Below are positions 59,504 through 64,000 of a stretch of DNA of 64,000 bases, in pieces. Each line of letters starts with the position of its first letter. The stretch's first letter is position 1. A program made the translations under genes and the position numbers. The stretch spans positions 426,595-490,594 of the forward strand of contig NW_003314360.1 of NCBI RefSeq assembly GCF_000143415.4, read 5' to 3'. The notes under the pieces were generated by a model. It searched no databases and was not told the DNA's origin. It worked only from the letters and a program-made list of their open reading frames with translations. The DNA comes from Selaginella moellendorffii. Taxonomy: Eukaryota; Plantae; Lycopodiophyta.

Positions 59504-60046
59504 ATGTCGAAGATTATGGCCTACTCCGAGCTCGCCGAGCACAACAATCGCAAGGATTGCTGGCTTCTCATCTCCGGAAAGGTATCTTCTACCCTGATCT
59601 GCCGGATCTAATAGGGCTCCCTCGATCTGTGGAATGCCAAATTTTTCTTAACTCTCTCTCTCTCGTGGGCAGATTTACGACGTGACCAAGTTCCTAGAGG
59701 ACCATCCCGGCGGCGATGAAGTCATCCTCTCCGCCACAGGTAAGTGACAACTTCCGGTGCCAAGGAGCGCGAGATCACTCTTTTTTCTCCTCCAGGGAAG
59801 GATGCCACGGACGATTTCGAGGACGTCGGGCACAGCAGCAGCGCTCGCGACATGATGCACAGCTATTACATTGGCGAGGTGGATTCGGCAACTCTGCCGG
59901 CCAAGCCCACATTCAAGCTGGCGACCCAGGACGCGTATAATCCCGACAAGACCTCGCAGTTCCTCATCAAGATCTTGCAGTTCTTGGTACCCCTGGCCAT
60001 CCTCGGGCTGGCGGTTGCCGTGAGATTTTTTACCAAACAATCCTGA
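59504..60046 (+). CDS. CYB5: Cytochrome b5 (3 exons, C-terminal membrane anchor)
   Basis: HNNRKDCWLLISGK|IYDVTKFLEDHPGGDEV..|GKDATDDFEDVGHS, then a hydrophobic tail ILQFLVPLAILGLAVAV. Confidence 0.96.
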
Positions 60047-60521
60047 AAGGTTTGAGCAAGTCTTCCTCCTCCTCCACATTCGTGATCGTTCGTTCTACTC
60101 TTCTCTTTCTCTTTTCTCCCCAGGAAATAGGAAAGAACAAAAAAAGTTCCAGGGAAATAATTCTCCTCTCTTTTTTTCCAGAAACCTTGCCAACCAACCA
60201 AGTGCTTAGATATTGAAATCGAAGATTGGCTTTTGCTTTGTTTCTTCGTCCCCCCAGGGCTTTATTTCTCGCGATTGACCGACCTGGAAGAAGATTAGTT
60301 CCCAGTAATGCAAGTTTAGTTTTGTTTGACAGGTGGTTGTTTCTAAGTCACAAACGTTGGAAAAAAAAAGAGAGGAGTAGATTTAATATATAAAAGTCTT
60401 ACTTTTCTCTCCGACTCCGACTCAAATAATTACATCATCGTCTCTTGCTCTTGATTGCTTAAAAAGTGTTCCTGTCTCTCGAGAATCCTTTGGTTGGTCT
60501 AACAAAGCTGTGCTCCTCTGC

Positions 60522-61662
60522 TCATAGCTCCAGATCAAACTTTCGCTGCTTCTTTGGCACCGGGAAGTCCATGATCACGGAGCTCCCACACTTGGGACAC
60601 CTGGGATCCAACTGCGAGATCATCACGTACATGAGGCACCGCTTGCAACCAGTGAGGGTGACCTTGGCCGGTTGGCTTGGCGGAGGCGATGGAGACGACC
60701 GGGGAGACGATGCGGCGGGCGGGAGCAGGCAGAGGCACTCGGAGGAGGTGGTGGTGACGACGCTGCTGGCATCCTCCTCCTGATTGCTCGACAGATTGAG
60801 CTTGAGGTCGAGACCACCACTCTCGCTCTCGTTCTCCCTGTCCTCCTTGTAAATCGGGTTTGGATGATCCGCATTAGCAGCAGCATCGTCGCCGTCGTCG
60901 CCTTGCTTTTTCCTCCTCCACAGCTGTGTGGCTTCGCCACCATTCTTTCTCTTGACCGCCGCCGCCTGCTTTCCAAGTTCGGATTGCAGTAGCTCCAGCG
61001 ACATGTGACAGGAGGCTGCTGGAGGCGATTCAAACGGTGGCTCTGCGGGTGAGCAAGAGTGGCCTTCGCGAGGATCATTGCAGGTGGTCTTGCCGGTGTT
61101 CCAATTGATGAAAAAGACCGTTCCAGACTGCACAAAAAAATATCGGTTTAATCAATCGGCTCGGCCTGTTGCACCACTTCAAAAATACAGACAAAAAACA
61201 ATCAAGGCACACTCAATTACCAAGAACGAATCTTGGCCAAAATGGCAAACAAAAAAACGAAGAAAGCAAAAAACAAAAACAACGAGAAGGCTAAACAACA
61301 ACGTGAAAAAAGCGTGAAAGAAAACATCAAATCTTTTTGCTACGATCCACCCAGAAAGAAACCGGACATACCTTCAAGTCGAGTCTTTTCTCCCATCCTT
61401 TCGGAAGCGGAACATCCTGGCCGAGCTCCAAAAAATCCGATTGTTGTTCTTCACCATCCGTTGTCATGGTAGTATTCGAAGCCCCTCGTCCACCTAGCAG
61501 GTCCAAAGTGTGGTGCCTTCCGACGCCGGATTCATCAAAGGGCTTCCCCAGCATCATCTCCAGCAGCTTCTGTTGATCATCGCCCCAAGCTCGCTTCTTG
61601 CTCATGCGAGCAATCCCACCGAGCTCACCACTGCCCCACCCGACTTCCAGTGCCACAGCCAT
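60522..61662 (-). CDS. CURLY FLAG LEAF1-like WW-domain protein with EAR motif and C-terminal zinc ribbon
   Basis: PLPKGWEKRLDLK|SGTVFFINWNT (WW), LDLKLNL, GCKRCLMYVMI...PRCPKC. The start codon is uncertain (61662 or 61605). Confidence 0.85.
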
Positions 61663-64000
61663 CACCTCTCAATGCAATTTCACGAGCTTCTTCTCCCCTG
61701 CCTCTATAGCAATACAGCAGCAGCAGCGGCGGCGGCGGCGGCGGCAAAAAGAGTGGGAATTTTACCGAGCAAACTTTAGCAGCGCAAGGAAAGAATGGAA
61801 GAAGAAGCGGCTTTACCCCGGAGAAGAAGCAAAGCAATACTAGCGGCGCAGCAGCGGCGGATGATGGATGAAGAGGTCTGTCTGTCAATGGAAGTGGTAG
61901 TAGAAGAAGAGGAGGCTTCCATTGGCATTGAATGCTGCCATCTCCTTCACGCTACGCACAGGGGCCCCAGGCTCTTAACTTCCACATTTACTGGCTTGAT
62001 GGGATGCACCTCCTCCCTCTTTCAAACATTCGTCTCGTCTCGTCTTCTTCTTCGATCCAATCTCTCCTCACTCAACTCCGCTCGCTCAACTTGACTTGGC
62101 TTCTTCAACTTGCTGCTCAGCTGAGTATAAGATGAAACTGAGTTGAGTAACCGGACAGTCGGCTGGAGCCCGAGCCCGAGCTATCTATCTATCGCAAGCC
62201 CTTCTCTCTCCCTGTCTCCCCCTCCCCCTGTTAGAGCTATTATATAGACTGTGCCCGGCCAAATACGATTACCGTCATCACCTTTAAGGTACTATACTAG
62301 TCTCTAGCCTGACTTTCCTTTTATACTAATTCTATGATATGATATGAAATGATCGCATATCTATCTATATCAATACTACTGCTCCGTCCGAAACTCACCT
62401 GAGGAAAACTTAAAACTATCCTACTACCCCTGTGATTCTCTAGCCTCTACGGGCACGTATACTACTGCCCACCTTCCTTGAATCCTTACCTTACCACCGC
62501 TACCAGCGATGATATATTAGATTCCTTCCAGTGTTCCGAGCCGACTAGACTGAACACACATGCCCCTTGGTGTTGCATGGCAAAGATCCCATCTTTCACG
62601 CTAAGAACCGGCCTGTTGTCTAAATTACCAGCGAAGGTATTAGCTGAGCATGCATGGGTGGAATTGAAATCAACAGAGGATACTTATCTGGAGGAGGCTG
62701 CACACAGTTGATGGCACAAGTATGATTGCCAGCTGCCCCTGGCTATTGGGTTTGATGACCCTTTAGTGCTTGCCTTGAATGGCCTCTCTCCAAATTTCCA
62801 GGCGCCACTAAATGCACACCTCTCGTCGCCGTTAGTTTAGTCATCATGTCCGGTAATCTGCCCGCTAATGCCTTCAATAATGCTTCTCCAAATCCCGCCC
62901 GAGCCGGGTCGGGTCGGGTCTCTCACTCGACTGCAACAACTGAAAACCAAGTCAGTGCCGGATATTTCCCTCAGACTTTGAGCAGCATTGTCTTACCTTC
63001 TTTCTACGTTGCAATCAAAACCCCGACCACCTAAATGTGTGAGAGATTTGAAAAAATCGCAAGATAAATGCACAGGGAGTAAATTCGAGTCACCTAACAC
63101 AAAGGACCGGTGGCTGACAATGGCAATGGCAATTGGGAGAGATCAATCTTTCCTCTTTGTCCACAAAAATATATACCACCCAGAAAACAATGCGGCAAGG
63201 GATGCGATGCGTTGCGATGCTATGCATAGAAAAAAAGAAAGAAATGTTATCTTACTCTTTTTACAAACCTTTGAATTTGAACCTTTCAGGCTCTGTTGTT
63301 GTTTGCGACTGGCCGTGTCGAATCTTTTGTTGGGAGCGGGAGAGAAGCGGTAGGTGAATGTTTAGTTGTCTACGTGTGATTCTTCGCGCATTTATGCAAT
63401 TGCAACACCTTGTGCGTCAGCTCAAGCTCATCGTCTAGTAACTTGAGCATTTTTTTCTTCGACTGCAATACGCGAGAAAGAATAAGAAGTTATAAGAAAA
63501 TAAAAGTCATAAAAAGATACACTAAGCTTGGGCATTGATGCGGTTGAATGCGCGATAGCAACCCGCAAAAGGAAAAGCAAAAAAGATATTCACGAAATCA
63601 AAGCAAGACCGAGAAAGATAAGATAATCTCCGCTCAGGCAAACTCAGGCAGTTAAAACATGTGACATGTTTAGCGCACTGCATGTCCTTTGACACCACTC
63701 AATGCAAAATAATGCCTGTGATCTCCCGATAAATCATTTTCCCAGCAGCCTATTACATGCAAAGCAGTAGTACTGCAAAGATGAAGTACACTTTCAAACC
63801 AGTCTTCCTCACTCGCCATTTGAGCCAGCCAATGCAGAAGAAAGATAAGATGGTAATAACACGGACAGAAGCTACGAACCCAGTTATCCAGGCCTAAATG
63901 TGTAGGCAAAGACTTGTGCTCCACTTTATGACAATGCAAATGCAATGCAAGAACAGACGCATCGCATCCCACCACCATGTCAATCACCAAACCCAACTCA

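Noticed and set aside
63670-63996. GCDASVL suggesting a class III peroxidase
   Set aside because: No preceding RLxFHDC and no downstream peroxidase motifs. Likely chance.

Overview
Eukaryotic plant nuclear DNA. The dense genes, 50-60 nt introns, PLS-class PPR genes and TTTAGGG repeats suggest a lycophyte such as Selaginella (inference). Bases 1-42.8 kb are repeat/accessory DNA. (i) A disrupted gene whose product has a ParB/Srx-like N-terminal region and a degenerate amino-DNA-methyltransferase-like C-terminus (1-2630). (ii) A ~17.6 kb palindrome (arms 2743-11026 and 12045-20320) carrying two copies each of a plastid RPL10 pseudogene, a Crinkler/RHS-type NTPase+REase gene, a CDKAL1/MtaB pseudogene and an F-box fragment. 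(iii) An apparently endonuclease-less Penelope-like RT remnant followed by two inverted ~440 bp pLTR-like repeats. Each holds a minimal type I hammerhead ribozyme and ends in C-strand telomeric sequence. (iv) Decayed LTR retrotransposons, and an AT-rich direct duplication flanking an orphan secreted Cys-containing ORF. Bases 43-62 kb are an ordinary compact gene region: conserved hypothetical gene, EEF2KMT/FAM86-like methyltransferase, nsLTP, At1g76660-like protein, NINJA/AFP, two PLS-E PPR genes, HGH1, cytochrome b5 and a CFL1-like WW protein. All homology calls come from motif recognition by eye, not database searches, and repeat boundaries are approximate.
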